64,000 bases of DNA from NCBI GenBank assembly GCA_951804945.1, contig OX638150.1, forward strand, positions 42,656,001 through 42,720,000, read 5' to 3'. The notes under the pieces were generated by a model. The model saw nothing but the letters and a program-made list of their open reading frames with translations. It searched no databases and was not told the origin of the DNA. Position 1 is the first letter of the stretch, and every line of letters starts with the position of its first letter. The stretch is from Podarcis cretensis (taxonomy: Eukaryota). Made by a program: the position numbers and the translations under genes. Positions 25,201-36,500 of this stretch are shown piece after piece.

Positions 25201-26311
25201 TCTGAATCCAGGAAGAGGAAGTGTTATATAGGCATTCTCTCATTTCCAGTGCAGTTTGGAAGGGTTTCAGTAGGCATTATATGTTCTTGTAAAGATGTGG
25301 GAAAGGGCCACAAATGATGGGATGTGGAATTTCCCCAAGTAGCTGCAAATAGAAGGGAGGAGACCACAATCAGTCTGTGAACTGGGCATTGGGCACACCT
25401 AAACTGTACTCTATGGAGAGTTTTAACAACTTTTGCAAAATGAACAGTAATTGCTGTGTAAATTGCAAGATATTTTTAAACTCTTTATAAATTGATATGT
25501 ACCCACCCACTGGAGTGGGATGACTTTTTAAATTTGTCACATCCTGGAGCTTAAAAGAAATGAGTTTGCTTGTATAATGGAGAACACATTCTTGTTTTCA
25601 GAAAGATTATTGAGACACTTGTTGGTTGAAATGCCATAGTCCCCCCAAAAATGATCAGGGATCTTTCACTTGTATCAGAGACTTGATTATATCTACTAGT
25701 CAAAGAAAAGGAATGAAAGTTTCCTGATTTCTTGTTTCTTTTGTATTTGATTTTCTTCAGGTTCTGTAGTTTAAAGCATACCAAAAATAAATAAATTAGT
25801 GCAATAGTCAAGGCCTTAAAATTACTTTTATGTGATGGCCCCACTCAACAACAGAAACATGCTTACCCAGCTATATATTGTAGACTGCTCAGTTCCTTAA
25901 AGTGTGTGATGTTTAATGCTGGGTGTCAGGTGGTTCTGATTTGTTTTGCAGGGGGAGAATCCCTTCACAGATGATCCTGAAGAGAAAGAGGAACATGAGG
26001 AAGGTGAGGCAGGAACAAGTGGAAATATGGAGGAGGGAGCAGCTGAAGGTGAAGAAAACAAGGCTGAAGAAGAAACCAAAGGTGGAGACAATCCTGCTGA
26101 GGAAGATGTAGTTGAAGAAGGTACTGCAGAAAACAAAGGAAATGATGATGAAGAACCACCACCAGGACAAATGGAAGAGCAGAATTTGAACACATCCCAG
26201 GAATCATTTGCTGCTGAGCAGGAGCAAGAATGTGATGAAGAAGAAGACAAAGAAAAAGAAGAAAGAAAAGGATTCATACCTTCAGAGGATATGGAACCAC
26301 CTGATGAGTGA
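6719..26311 (+). CDS. AKAP8L: A-kinase anchor protein 8-like (HA95), spliced CDS: join(6719..6731,10350..10382,11865..12102,14929..15388,15849..15966,16824..16867,18293..18347,20855..20963,21395..21536,21922..22027,22970..23100,24121..24216,25952..26311); 1905 nt, ~634 aa
   Basis: Exons join in frame with AG acceptors and GT donors (one GC). Translation [18 protein letters not shown]...[18 protein letters not shown]...[23 protein letters not shown]...GENPFTD matches recalled human AKAP8L, with two AKAP95-type C2H2 zinc fingers. Confidence 0.95.
10350..10382 (+). CDS. AKAP8L: AKAP8L exon 2 ([11 protein letters not shown]), GC donor
   Basis: tttctag acceptor; AG|gcaagt donor; matches human GYGTWNSGTNR. 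Confidence 0.88.
11865..12102 (+). CDS. AKAP8L: AKAP8L exon 3 (YG-rich; [11 protein letters not shown]...[11 protein letters not shown])
   Basis: tttcag acceptor, gtgagt donor, open frame with homology. Confidence 0.93.
12341..12558 (+). mobile_element. Tc1/mariner (pogo/Tigger-like) MITE, subfamily A
   Basis: TA|CAGTGGTACCTCAGGTTA…TAACCCAAGGTACCACTG|TA. Confidence 0.9.
14929..15388 (+). CDS. AKAP8L: AKAP8L exon 4 ([10 protein letters not shown]...WDADFK)
   Basis: Inside ORF 14909..15466; ttgcag acceptor, gtaagt donor. Confidence 0.95.
15849..15966 (+). CDS. AKAP8L: AKAP8L exon 5 (basic NLS-like segment; [20 protein letters not shown])
   Basis: catag acceptor, gtaaga donor, homology. Confidence 0.92.
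16686..16769. mobile_element. Short ~85-bp palindromic repeat; degenerate relatives at ~8370, 10660, 29780, 57885, 62045
   Basis: TGCAACCCTATA…TATAGGGTTGCA inverted ends; CACTTACCTGGGAG…ATTGAACTCA core. Confidence 0.6.
16824..16867 (+). CDS. AKAP8L: AKAP8L exon 6 ([15 protein letters not shown])
   Basis: ttttcag acceptor, gtgagt donor, phase-compatible. Confidence 0.88.
17730..17860. mobile_element. Degenerate hAT MITE related to 42763-42898
   Basis: Shares GCCCTCCAGAT…ACTACAACT…CATCATC…GACCA…GATGGGA core. Confidence 0.65.
18293..18347 (+). CDS. AKAP8L: AKAP8L exon 7 ([18 protein letters not shown])
   Basis: ttttag acceptor, gtaagt donor, phase-compatible. Confidence 0.88.
18424..18650 (+). 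mobile_element. 5'-truncated non-LTR retroposon 3' end (L1-like)
   Basis: 18-bp TSD AAGATGTGTGGAATATTG (18406, 18651), T-rich body, AATAAA at 18634. Confidence 0.78.
19453..19649 (-). mobile_element. Tc1/mariner-type MITE, subfamily B
   Basis: TA|CAGTCATACCTTGGGTTA…GCGTCCACTG|TA; reverse orientation relative to the 29575 copy. Confidence 0.88.
19839..20204 (-). mobile_element. Solo LTR (ERV-like)
   Basis: TG…CA termini, perfect 6-bp TSD GAGGGG, AATAAA on the minus strand at 19941-19946, CCAAT at ~20075. Confidence 0.78.
20855..20963 (+). CDS. AKAP8L: AKAP8L exon 8 (…KRKLQAGKK…RDRMVER)
   Basis: gtag acceptor, gtaagt donor, homology. Confidence 0.93.
21395..21536 (+). CDS. AKAP8L: AKAP8L exon 9 (zinc finger 1: CSLC…H…H)
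   Basis: [31 protein letters not shown]…ADFLQ. Confidence 0.95.
21922..22027 (+). CDS. AKAP8L: AKAP8L exon 10 (EYVANKTKK…DQDLTQ)
   Basis: gcag acceptor, gtaggt donor, homology. Confidence 0.94.
22437..22840. mobile_element. Unclassified ~400-bp dispersed repeat (solo-LTR-like), copy 1, inserted in a hAT MITE
   Basis: Colinear with 58994-59362; TGTT…AACA ends; flanks CCCAT/CTCAT. Confidence 0.7.
22970..23100 (+). CDS. AKAP8L: AKAP8L exon 11 (zinc finger 2: CVAC…H…H)
   Basis: Overlaps ORF 22978..23184; gtaagt donor at 23101. Confidence 0.95.
24121..24216 (+). CDS. AKAP8L: AKAP8L exon 12 ([10 protein letters not shown]…ERYLK)
   Basis: ttctag acceptor, gtaaaa donor, homology. Confidence 0.95.
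24749..24968 (+). mobile_element. Tc1/mariner-type MITE, B-related
   Basis: TA|CAGTGGTACTTCTAGTTACG…CGTAACAAGAGGTACAACTG|TA. Confidence 0.88.
25952..26311 (+). CDS. AKAP8L: AKAP8L last coding exon (GENPFTD + acidic tail, TGA)
   Basis: ttgcag acceptor; ORF 25946..26311. Confidence 0.93.
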   Translation, partial: GENPFTDDPEEKEEHEEGEAGTSGNMEEGAAEGEENKAEEETKGGDNPAEEDVVEEGTAENKGNDDEEPPPGQMEEQNLNTSQESFAAEQEQECDEEEDKEKEERKGFIPSEDMEPPDE

Positions 26312-27217
26312 ACTTGCACAGAAGGTTGAAGCGTTTTGAGACTCTGCATTAAAACTTTTTAAACCATAACTGTATTTGTGACACTACATGGCACGCAGCT
26401 TTGTTTCTCATTGACTACATTTTCACCTAGTTACAGCACTTGAAAGCCTTTATCTGTAAAGTGTTTTTGGAAATAGCTTTTTTTAACCAAATCTTCATTG
26501 TATTAGCTAGGTTTTGTGCAGTACAATTTTTAGGTGGCTTTATACTAGGAAAATACCTCCCCTCCTTTTTGAGTAAATAACTCAAAACCAAATTGTGTTA
26601 ATTGGCTTCCAACTTTGGGGGGAGGTAATTGTCCTCTGATTTTCTCCCCCCTCCCCCTTTAACTTTGTATATAGTTGAAGATGTTTTTGTTCCCTAGCCA
26701 GCCGTGTCTGGATATGTCAATAGCAGAATTCTGGGTTTTAAATTCTGCACGATCGGAGTAACTTCCATGCAACTGTAGCATTCTTCTACTCTACCTTTTT
26801 ACTTTTAATATGCAGAAGTAATACTTGGGGGTCAGCACAATAGTTTTTCCAGTGCTTTTATTTAAGGATGAATTCTTCCAGTGGATTGAGATAATATTAG
26901 GATTACCTGTACATGTGGGTTTTTGGAAGAAGCAGCCACATGAAGGATGTGCAGGAAGCCTCAAAAAGGGATAAATGCATCCTAGCACATTCGTAAAAGG
27001 CAATTCAGCATTGCTCCTTTTGAGTTTTGTCCTGATGTTGTTTAGGGGACATCATTTATGCTGCTTGCCTTAGATTGCTATTCTGTAAATGAAGGCTATG
27101 GTAGCCCATATGAAAGATGAAGAGTGTTACATAAACATTAAATATTCCCTTCAATGCAGTTCTTTGGCAGTTGTCTCATTCTAAATCATCCTGCAATCTC
27201 AGCAATGTACTACTGCT

Positions 27218-27226
27218 TCTCTCTCT

Positions 27227-27258
<32 letters not shown>
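27218..27258. repeat. (CT)n(GT)n microsatellite
   Basis: Seen directly. Confidence 0.95.
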
Positions 27259-27260
<2 letters not shown>

Positions 27261-28011
27261 ATACGTGTGTGCTTTTTTACTACAACCCAAGGTTTATTTT
27301 GGTTACACTCTGCCCCATGAAGCAATAGTGCTGCTACAACTACTACTGCTCTTGTTCATCCGTCATTTATTATCGTGTGTTTCTCTTCAAGTACATGTGT
27401 GCTTCCTACAGTGAAAATCAGGTAGTGGACTGGACAAGGTTTTATGATCCTTTGTTTCTGCTTTCCTGCTACATCAAAGGAAAAGGGTGAGTGAAGTAAT
27501 TGTTGCACCACAGGATGCAGGCCTTGCTGCCATACACCACTCCTGCTACCTTAAGCCTTTGAAACACCTAGCATCTGGAGCTATATGGAAATAAATATTG
27601 TGAGTAAATTGCAAAAGTCATTACATTTAATCAACAGAAATAGAAATGTTGAAGGAGGCTTCAGAGTACAGTTTTTCTTTAGGAATGTGTAATGACTCAA
27701 GTGTTTAGAACAGTATGCTATGTTTTGTACCTTATCAAGTCTTAGATGTTCCTGATAATGAATTAAATGAATATTGGGTGTACAGTACTGAAATTATAGA
27801 ACTAAACTCTTTCTACATATCTGAGCTGGCATCTTGAAATGAAGTGTGTGCTCTGTAAGTGAAGAAAATTTCTGCAACAGCTGTTAGCGAAGGATAGTAA
27901 GTTTTAGAAGTATTATGGCAGTCACTGATTGTGGCATAGGTTTCTAATCTTTAAGTAGTCATTGCTGCCTTCTTCAAGCCATTTTAGGTATTTGCCTAAA
28001 TGATAATAGTA

Positions 28012-28240
28012 CAGTGGAACCTCGGGTTGCGGACGTAATCCGTGACGGAGGCACGTCCGCAACCCGCAGCGTTCGCATCCTGAAGCGCCACGTCTGCGCA
28101 GGCACCGGCACAATTTGGTGCTTCTGCGCATGCGCGAGCGGCTAAACCCAGAAGTAACCCATTCTGGTACTTCCGGGTATCCCACGGTCTGCAATCCGAA
28201 AACACGTAACCTGAAGCGTCCATAACATGAGGTATGACTG
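28012..28240 (+). mobile_element. Tc1/mariner-type MITE, subfamily B
   Basis: TA|CAGTGGAACCTCGGGTTG…GAGGTATGACTG; right TSD reads AA. Confidence 0.85.
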
Positions 28241-29574
28241 AACATGTTGGTAGTAAAAATGTGAGTTGCACAAAAATGTTAACTGTAGTTAGGGACAGCG
28301 TGTCCCGTTCTGCTGCTTGAGGCAAAACTGGGAGTCCTGCCCTGCCACCCCACCGCCTTTACCACTGGCACTAAATAGGTATCAAATTTTCCACCCCCAC
28401 AGGGGCTTCTTCCACCTAAGGTGGCGGCATCACCCCACCTCATGGGTGGGCTGCACCAGACTGTGGTAACAACTTACTTTGTAGCCATCTTTTTATCAGC
28501 TGGTTAAACCCAAAAGGAGTGGTATTCATTTTAAAGCTTATATATACTTCTAAAAACCTCAGTAGCCTCATATGCATTTCATCTTCATTATTGCACTAAC
28601 AGTCCACACATAAACATGCTTACTTGCTTGTTTGGAAAGGGGTGGAATTCACTGTGGTGCTAAGTGGGATATGCATGCACAGAACGAGGTCTGCTCACAC
28701 AAAAAGTCTCTTCCCTACACACACCTCCCCTAAACCTGTTCTTTGGTTCCTCCCAAGCTTCCAGAGCAGATTTGCGGGGGATGTGGCAGGAGAATGTCCT
28801 GTTGCACCAGTAGACCTCATCTGTGCATGCAACAACTTAGTGGAATCCTGCTGTAAGTCTCTGTAAGTGCAGTGGGACCTATTTTGGGATAGATGTTTAG
28901 AGTTGCAGGCTCAGCATGGAGTCCCCATATTTGTCTCACAACTCTAAAGCAGGGGTGAGGACATATTGGGAGAAAACTGACAGGCATGAGGTCTGGATGG
29001 CCTAGGGTCAAATTAGGTATGATATTGAACATGTCTATTCTTCACACACCCACTCCCTGCAAAGCAAGTTGCAGCTTTAGGGGAAACGACACAGAAGGAT
29101 AGATTAAACAGAGCAAATCTCAAATTTAGCAGTTAATCAGTAAAAACAAGAATAAAAGGGGATCCGGATCCTAAAACTTCTGCCATGTTTGACCCTTAAT
29201 GGGAGGTTTTTATGGATTTATTTAATTCAGAGCCTGTTAAGCTGGAGTCTGAGGGGCATCTCTAGAGGTTCCACTGTTATTAAGATTTTGTGGGGATAGC
29301 TGGGCTATCAAGTGCTATCGTAGAAGGGTAGTAGAGGAAGTGGTGGCGGCAGCAATTATCCTGGTGCTAAGTGCTTCATCTAGAGGAGGCTTTGTTGGGA
29401 TTGAAGATCTGAGGAAGAGCCTTAGATTGTAAAATTATTAAAGGTTATCTGAATCCCTTATTAAACTTCATTCATTCATCCATCACATTCCATTACTGCT
29501 ATTTACTAGTGAAAAGGAGGATAGATTGGTCCTTTTTGGAAATGTAAGGGGGCAGCTAAAGCTCAAATCCTATA

Positions 29575-29781
29575 CAGTGGATGCTTGGGTTGCTAACGTG
29601 ATCCGTGCAGGATGCACATTCGCAACCCGCAGTGGCGCATCTGCGCACGCACGGGATGCAGTTTGGCGCGCATGCGCAATTGCCGAAACTCGGAAGTAAC
29701 CCGTTCCAGTACCTCCAGGTTTCGGCGTTCCACAACCCGATAAAACACAACCTAAAGCATCTGTAACCCGAGGTATGACTG
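29575..29781 (+). mobile_element. Tc1/mariner-type MITE, subfamily B
   Basis: TA|CAGTGGATGCTTGGGTTG…CCCGAGGTATGACTG|TA. Confidence 0.88.
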
Positions 29782-32559
29782 TACACACTTGTCCAAGTAA
29801 GTCCTATTGAACTTTGGTATCTACTCAGAAGTTAGCTCCACTATCCGATTTTACCGTAAATTCTAGGCGCAGCTACACAGTGAATTAAGGATAATACCAT
29901 AACATTGTATCTCTTTAGGGGATGAATACTATTTCTTCACCTATACTATATTCCTGGTTCTTCTCAGAAAACATGGAAAATATTTCCAACATTTAAGAAT
30001 TTCACAGCAGGGAAAATTCCACCATGTATAGATTCTTCCACTGCAACAGAGGTGGAAAACTACCTGGTGAAATTACCCCATCTATGCAATTCTTAAAAGC
30101 CTTTTAGTCTGGGCCTGGCACCCGTTTCTCTTTAGTATTGTTCATGATATATGTACGTCTCTGTTTCTTTCTCTTCAAATATGTACAAAGTAGCCTCCTG
30201 CTTGAATGTTATTGACTGTTGCTGTACCAAATGTCAATTTTGTACATTGGTTTTAGAATTCGTTATCCTTTGTCATGAATTACAGTGTTCTGTCTATATA
30301 AAACTAAACTAAATCAAGTTGTGATTGCCGGACAGTGATTAAAAAAAATAGCCAGAGCATTTGTTTTAATTGCAGCTTTGCCATGTGTGTGGAATTTTGT
30401 AAAGCTGCTGCTAAATCTGGAAAGCAGCGATTACTTTCACTGAAATGTGTACTTGGTAAACTGCAGGAAAAGCTAGACTCCATTTCTATATCCACTCGAC
30501 TGTATATATAACTACTTTGTAAGTCCTGTAGTGTTTCCCTGTATCATAGTTTTTGCTATTTCTTTTCATAGAATTTAGTTCTCGTCTACAGATCAACTTG
30601 TGTCTAAAGTGCCAGGTTCATTTTGGAGCAATTGGCTTGTGCATGCTCACAGCTAAATTTCTAGGTCCTCGTTCATTTTAACTTAAATTTCTTCAGCTGC
30701 TTTTCCAAAGGAGATGAGCAAGGTTCATAGCAGCTGTCTAACCTACTTCCATATACAGCCTCCACTACTGCCTAGTGTAGCTTCTATCAATTTTATTTGC
30801 TATAGGGAACAAATCACACAATATTTTTTGTACAAAAAAGCATACCTAGCCATCATGGATTGTACAAACATGGGAGCAAAGGTTAAGAGCCATGTTCCTT
30901 GCTTCAGTCACTTTTGCCTCTGGCCTCACCTCCTAGAATGTGGCCCACTGTATGAAAAAGGCTTACCATGCCTGCTTTACAGGGAGAAGTGGGGAGCTCC
31001 AAAACTGGACATCATAACTGAACGATGTACTTATCTCTTCTTTATTTCTGCTGTTGCAAATAAGAAATAAATGGTTGTTCATTTGTTTCCTCATCATGCT
31101 TATCACTGAGGATGAATGTACTGATTTGCACAAAGTACACTGGACTGTGGGTGGAAAAACCCAGGATTAAATGTTGAACCACTATGATTATCAAGGATAT
31201 CACAAACTATGATGCTTTTTCTCTGTATAGTTGGGGAAATTGTGCTTCTTCAACCAGTTGGTTTTCACTATAGCTGTGCTATGCTATCACAAATCTGCAT
31301 TGTACCAAATTCTGTAAGTACTGGTGCTGTTACCTCACAAATGAGTTAAACTGTTAGGATTGCATCCCATGTTAGTGATGCTCTGTGCAGTCCTACTGAA
31401 ATTAATGGGCAAGACTAAGAGCTATAAATTACTAGGGATCTACTGTGTAGAACTTGGATATAACAGAAATACTCCAGCTCAAGCTCATCATCAGGTCATC
31501 ATTAAGTGGTGGTGGAAAGGTTTAGCAGTCAAGGACGGTACTGTTTAGTGAGTGTGTCTCAAGATTAGGAAATAGTGCAACAGCAGGTTTACAATCTTTG
31601 TGCCTGCAACAGCTGCATTATGGATAGTTTCTTTGTTGGAAATGAAAGAATGGCTGTGCTAGAGCACATGTTTTGCATGCAGAAGACCTCAGGATAAACA
31701 CTGGCCCTTTCCAAGTAGTACTGAGGAAAGATTCCTGTCTGGAATCCTGAAGATTTGCAGTCACTGTAGATGATACTGGACAAGACATATAACATATCTT
31801 CCTCTGTTCCCAAAACAGGAAAGAAGGTTGAGAGGGGGTCTCTGCATCCTTGTAAAACACTTCAGCAATGTACAGCTATTTTTAAAAATAAAGTTCCATG
31901 CAGACCTCTCTTCCCATTCTGTCAGAAATGGGTAGGCCAGGAGTAGTGGAACTGTAATAGAAATTAATATAATTCCAAATAATTATATTATATCTGAAGC
32001 TCTCTTCCATTGCAGTGCTTTGAAATAGTTATGCCCTTTACCCACAGAAATTTGTCGGGAAAAGTGCACCTTAATGATAGAGAATCTACTATTATTAAAA
32101 TACTATAAAACATGTATTTATACTTCCGTATGGATGGTGACCTATAGAAGCTTATGCTGTATTACATTAATTCGTATTTAAGGTGCCACAAGACTGTTTT
32201 GCCAGGACAGAAAAACATGCCTACGCATCTGGAAAATAACATCTAGAAATTCAGCAGGTGCCTACCTAATTCCACGACAGCGAAAGGCTGTAGGAGTTAA
32301 ATTACAAACCAGTCTTTTAACTAGGAGTATTGTCCTAGTTTAGAGAGAGAGCATTTTAAAAGCACGATACCAAACGAGATTTTGCAACAAAAAATCATTG
32401 TCCGCGAAAGGGACAGGAGTGTAACTCGCATCTATATAATTTTTCATATGCAACATGCATTTAAAAGCGCAGCTCTGTTAGGGTGGTGGGGAAATAATCC
32501 ACCCTCTTGCAGCTGCTTTCTTTTTTGTGTGTGTGAGCGAAGAGTTATTTCACAGCACC

Positions 32560-33540
32560 GCAACAAATGAGATCATCTCCCCGCGGCCACTTCATATAGG
32601 CTCATAATACACAGCGTTGTTTCCTTCCACCGTTGCCTCTCGTCAATTTAAGCAGGAACCGGAAAATTCTCTTAAACGAGCCATTTCGGTCGCTTTCAGA
32701 AGCCAGGCCAATGGGAAGGGATTTCTCGCGGGGGGGGGGGCGGTAGTAGAAGCCGCTCACGGGAAACACGAATGGGCAGAACTTTGAGATCACAACCAAT
32801 AGAAACTCAGAAGTACGCAAGAGGAGCCAATCCGCGGTGGGCTCCAACGCTCGCGCAGTGAGGGTATAGGTTACTCTGCGCGGTCGCAGGTTGACGGAGA
32901 GGGAAGCCATGGATCAGGGCTATGGTGAGAGCTGGCGCTGCAGGGGCGGGGGAAGGGACCGGGAAACCCGGGAAACGCGGGGTAGGCTTCGCTCGGGGTA
33001 GGGCTGTTTACCTCACCGTGGTGGCTTTTCGCACCGACTAGGCTTGGTGGCTCTCAACCGCCTCCGCGAGACACGGGTGGCGTTGATTGGCCATCGGCGC
33101 TGCCCCTCTAGGAGATTGGCCTGGCGAATGGAGCGCCTCTTTCTAATCTCCACGGTCTGCGAGGAAGGCGGGACTAGGCCCTTTTTCCGAAGACGACACA
33201 AAATGGCGTCGAGGAGACCCGTTTCCTCTGCGCCAGCGCGCGGTTCCTGCGCCCCATTCTTCTGTGTGGGGTGCTGCCTCTTCCCCTCCTCCCCCGGGGG
33301 TGGGGGTTTAGCTTTTGTAGCCGGCCTGCCCCCTCCTCCAGACACCCGCAGCTTCCTGGGCTTAGCGCTTGGTCCATATAGAGGAAAAGTCGTTTCCACA
33401 TCTCTATTAAAAGTTGCCAACATCTTCCCTGTCCCTGGCAGGACTCCTGTGTCTTTAATGCCTCTGCCACCCCTGTAGGTAGCAAGCGAATCCTTTTTCC
33501 TGCTATGCAGTCGACGCCAGGAGAGGCGTCCGCCTGTTAA
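32560..33540 (+). promoter_or_regulatory. AKAP8: CpG-island promoter of AKAP8
   Basis: CpG-rich; CCAAT at 32708, 32796 and 32827; GC box ~32737; GCCATGG Kozak at 32909. Confidence 0.85.
32909..32924 (+). CDS. AKAP8: AKAP8 coding exon 1 (MDQGY)
   Basis: ATGGATCAGGGCTATG|gtgaga. Confidence 0.92.
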
Positions 33541-36500
33541 AAGGCCTGTAGCTAGTCACTCATTGTCAATAGGCTTATCTTCCATGAACTTATCTCGTCG
33601 TTGTTTTTAAGCCATCTAAGTTAGCAGCCGTCCCTTCTTTGCCGTGGAAATGCCTTCCATAGTTTTAACTAAGTGAAGAAGTACTTTTTGTCTGTCCTGA
33701 ATCTTCCAACATTCAGCTTCCTTGGATGTCCATGAGTTCTAGAGTTACGAAAAAGGGAGAAAAAACTTTTCTCTATCCCCTTTCTCCATGCCATTCGTAA
33801 TTTTATAAGCTTGTATCATGTCAACTCTTAATCATCGTTTCCCTAAACTAAAATGTTCCAAATGTTGCAACCTTTCACTCCATCCCTTTAATCATTTTGG
33901 TTGCCTTTTCTGAACCTTTTCCAAATCTACAATATCGTTTTTTGAGATGAGGCTACCAGATCTATACACGGTATTCCAAAGGTAGTCACACCATAGATTT
34001 GTATAAAACCGCATTATGGGGTGGTAGTTTTACTTTTAGTTCCTTTCCTAATTTTGTTGGATTCAGCAGGGTGTGCATACAGTCTGGTATCATATGCAGA
34101 ATGTGCGACAGGCAGGGTCTGAAGATTAGGGGTGATTTACTGTGAATATGATAATTTTGTCATCTTTAAATGTGAAACAAAACCCCTAGCTTAGTGGTAT
34201 GTCTGAACTGGGAGCTGTGGTTTGTTTTGCTCCAAACAAGCCACTGTCTTCACCCACAGTTTGTCCCTGACTTACTGATCATAGTCTGTTTCCCTTGTGT
34301 GCTGGAGAAGGCAGGCAAAATGGATGAGATTGGTGCTTTCACAGCAAACCACTAACTACTGTAAATTGGCATGTTTGAGTAGTCACATTTTCACTCAAAT
34401 TACAGCTGCTGTATGTGAAAGTAGTTAAGAGAGAGAGTCTGGGAGGGGAGAAGTTAATGTGTGTTTCTGTGAGTTAATGAGTCGATATTTCTCTTACAGG
34501 TTATAGTTCCTGGGGTACTGAGGCCACCAGTACTCAAGGTAAGTCATGATCTCCTAAAATAAAAAGTTTAGAAAAGAAATAGAAGATAACCTTAAGAATG
34601 TTGCGCATAAGTGTGTTTATAAATAAATATGCTTCTCTTAAGCATGGGTCACAAATAATATTTTTTTAAAGGTCCTGAGCAGTCTTGAACTTCTACTTTG
34701 GGGACAATATATTGAGAGGATTTTATTTTGTATAGGAGATGTCCAGTGGTTTTAGCTATTTGGGCAACTAATTTCCCCTTTCCTCCCCCTCTGCAGCCCC
34801 CATGCACTTCTGAAATGTGCTCCAGAGAGTTGGGTGATTTTAGAGTAGATTGACAGGTGTGAGTAGCTGCGGGTAGAGGAGAGGAAGGGGATATTGCCTA
34901 TATATGTGTACTTAACTCTTTAACACATCACTTGTGTTTTATTGCGTTGCTGTCAAAGAACTAATTCATTGAAAATTGTTTTAAATTGCTTGCCTTGTGA
35001 AAGAACTTAATCTGTGTTGTGTTAACATCGCTTTGATTGACGTGTTTAATGTAAAAGTAAACTTTTGTCTCTTTAAAAGGTGGCTATTCAACAAATCCAG
35101 CAAGTTGGCAAGGTATGTGTTTTATTTGCAGTACTATCTTAAATATTTTGCTAATTTTCTCAGAATTAACAAGAATAACTGACTGGAACATTTAGAGGCA
35201 TTATATAAGTTAGAATTTGAATTTGCATCACTCCTCCTAAAGCAGAACTTGGCTCCAGAGTTACAACAACTTTGTAGCCAAAAAAGGGCCATTGAGTATC
35301 AGCATGCTTAGGGGAACCCAGAGGTTTGCAAAAGCACAGACATGTTTAAAAAGTCAAAACTATCTGGGTGGATCCCTGAAAAGGCCCAGTGAAGGCTGAG
35401 CGTGCTTAGTAGTTACAGAATCTTAAAAGTTGGCGGTGGGGATTGGAGGAAGAGGGATGGAAGTGGCTGGTGAAGGGGGGCTTCAAAACTGGCAGGAATG
35501 CAAGAGAGGCTAACCGAGAGAGAAGGGAAGTTTAGAAGGAATTAGGGAGAGTGGAAGCTGAGCATTATATTTATACTTTTTTCCCATTCCCCTTCTTTCC
35601 CTTCTACGTCCAGTGGATGGAGAGAAAGGGATGGAGGAAGAGAGATATAGATACAAAAACAGCACAAAGAACCATTTCATTGTAAACTGGGGAATAACCT
35701 ATCCACACATTGGAAAATTATTCTTAATTAGACCCAGGGTTGGAAATGAGAGCCTCTCATAGAAATCATTGGAGAAATCCAAGATTTTAATATAGCTGCT
35801 AATTGACAAATGAAGCAAAGCTGAAGGGAGAACAGGAGGCAGAAAGTTACAAGAGGAGAAAGTGAGAGCCCATGGTGGGGCAGTGGCGGGGAGCTGTAGA
35901 AGGGGGACAGTGAAGGGGCCTTGACCTCTTCTGAGGAAATCAGAACTTTAGGCAGTCATGGGCATGTTTCTGTCCTGATGAGAATATATTCAGGTACCAT
36001 TCTGCCACAAATAGAGAATTAACCCCTTCAATCCTGAGCAAACAGCCTCATCAGCCACAAACTCAAGTGAAACACATACACACAGAAATAATCTGCAGAA
36101 TTTTGCTGCAGAATTCAGCTTGTAGTATACAAAACAATGTGTGATATAGATCATGTAGTGTTTTTAACTTTTATACTGCTCTTCTTTCAAGGAAAATGGG
36201 GTGGATTAAATTTGCTTTTATAGAAGAAAAATGATAATAACACACCTAAAATCTCCACCTCTTTAATTGTGGGCACATAACTAAAGCAATAACTCTTCAT
36301 TGGTCTTGTGGCAGTGGGGGCCTATTAATGCTTGTATCTGACAGTTGTTTTCAAGTGTGTATGAGTGTTGGCTTTGGTGATGGTTTCCATAGATAAGATT
36401 GACACTTGAAACTCAGAGCCCCCCTTTTTACTGTACTATTGTCTTTTTTTCCAGGCTATGAAGGCTATGATTATTACAGTGCCCAAACCAGCAGCTCTAC

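Noticed and set aside
25897-26349. Minus-strand Ser-rich ORFs (also 49413-49857)
   Set aside because: Antisense shadows of the Glu-rich last exons
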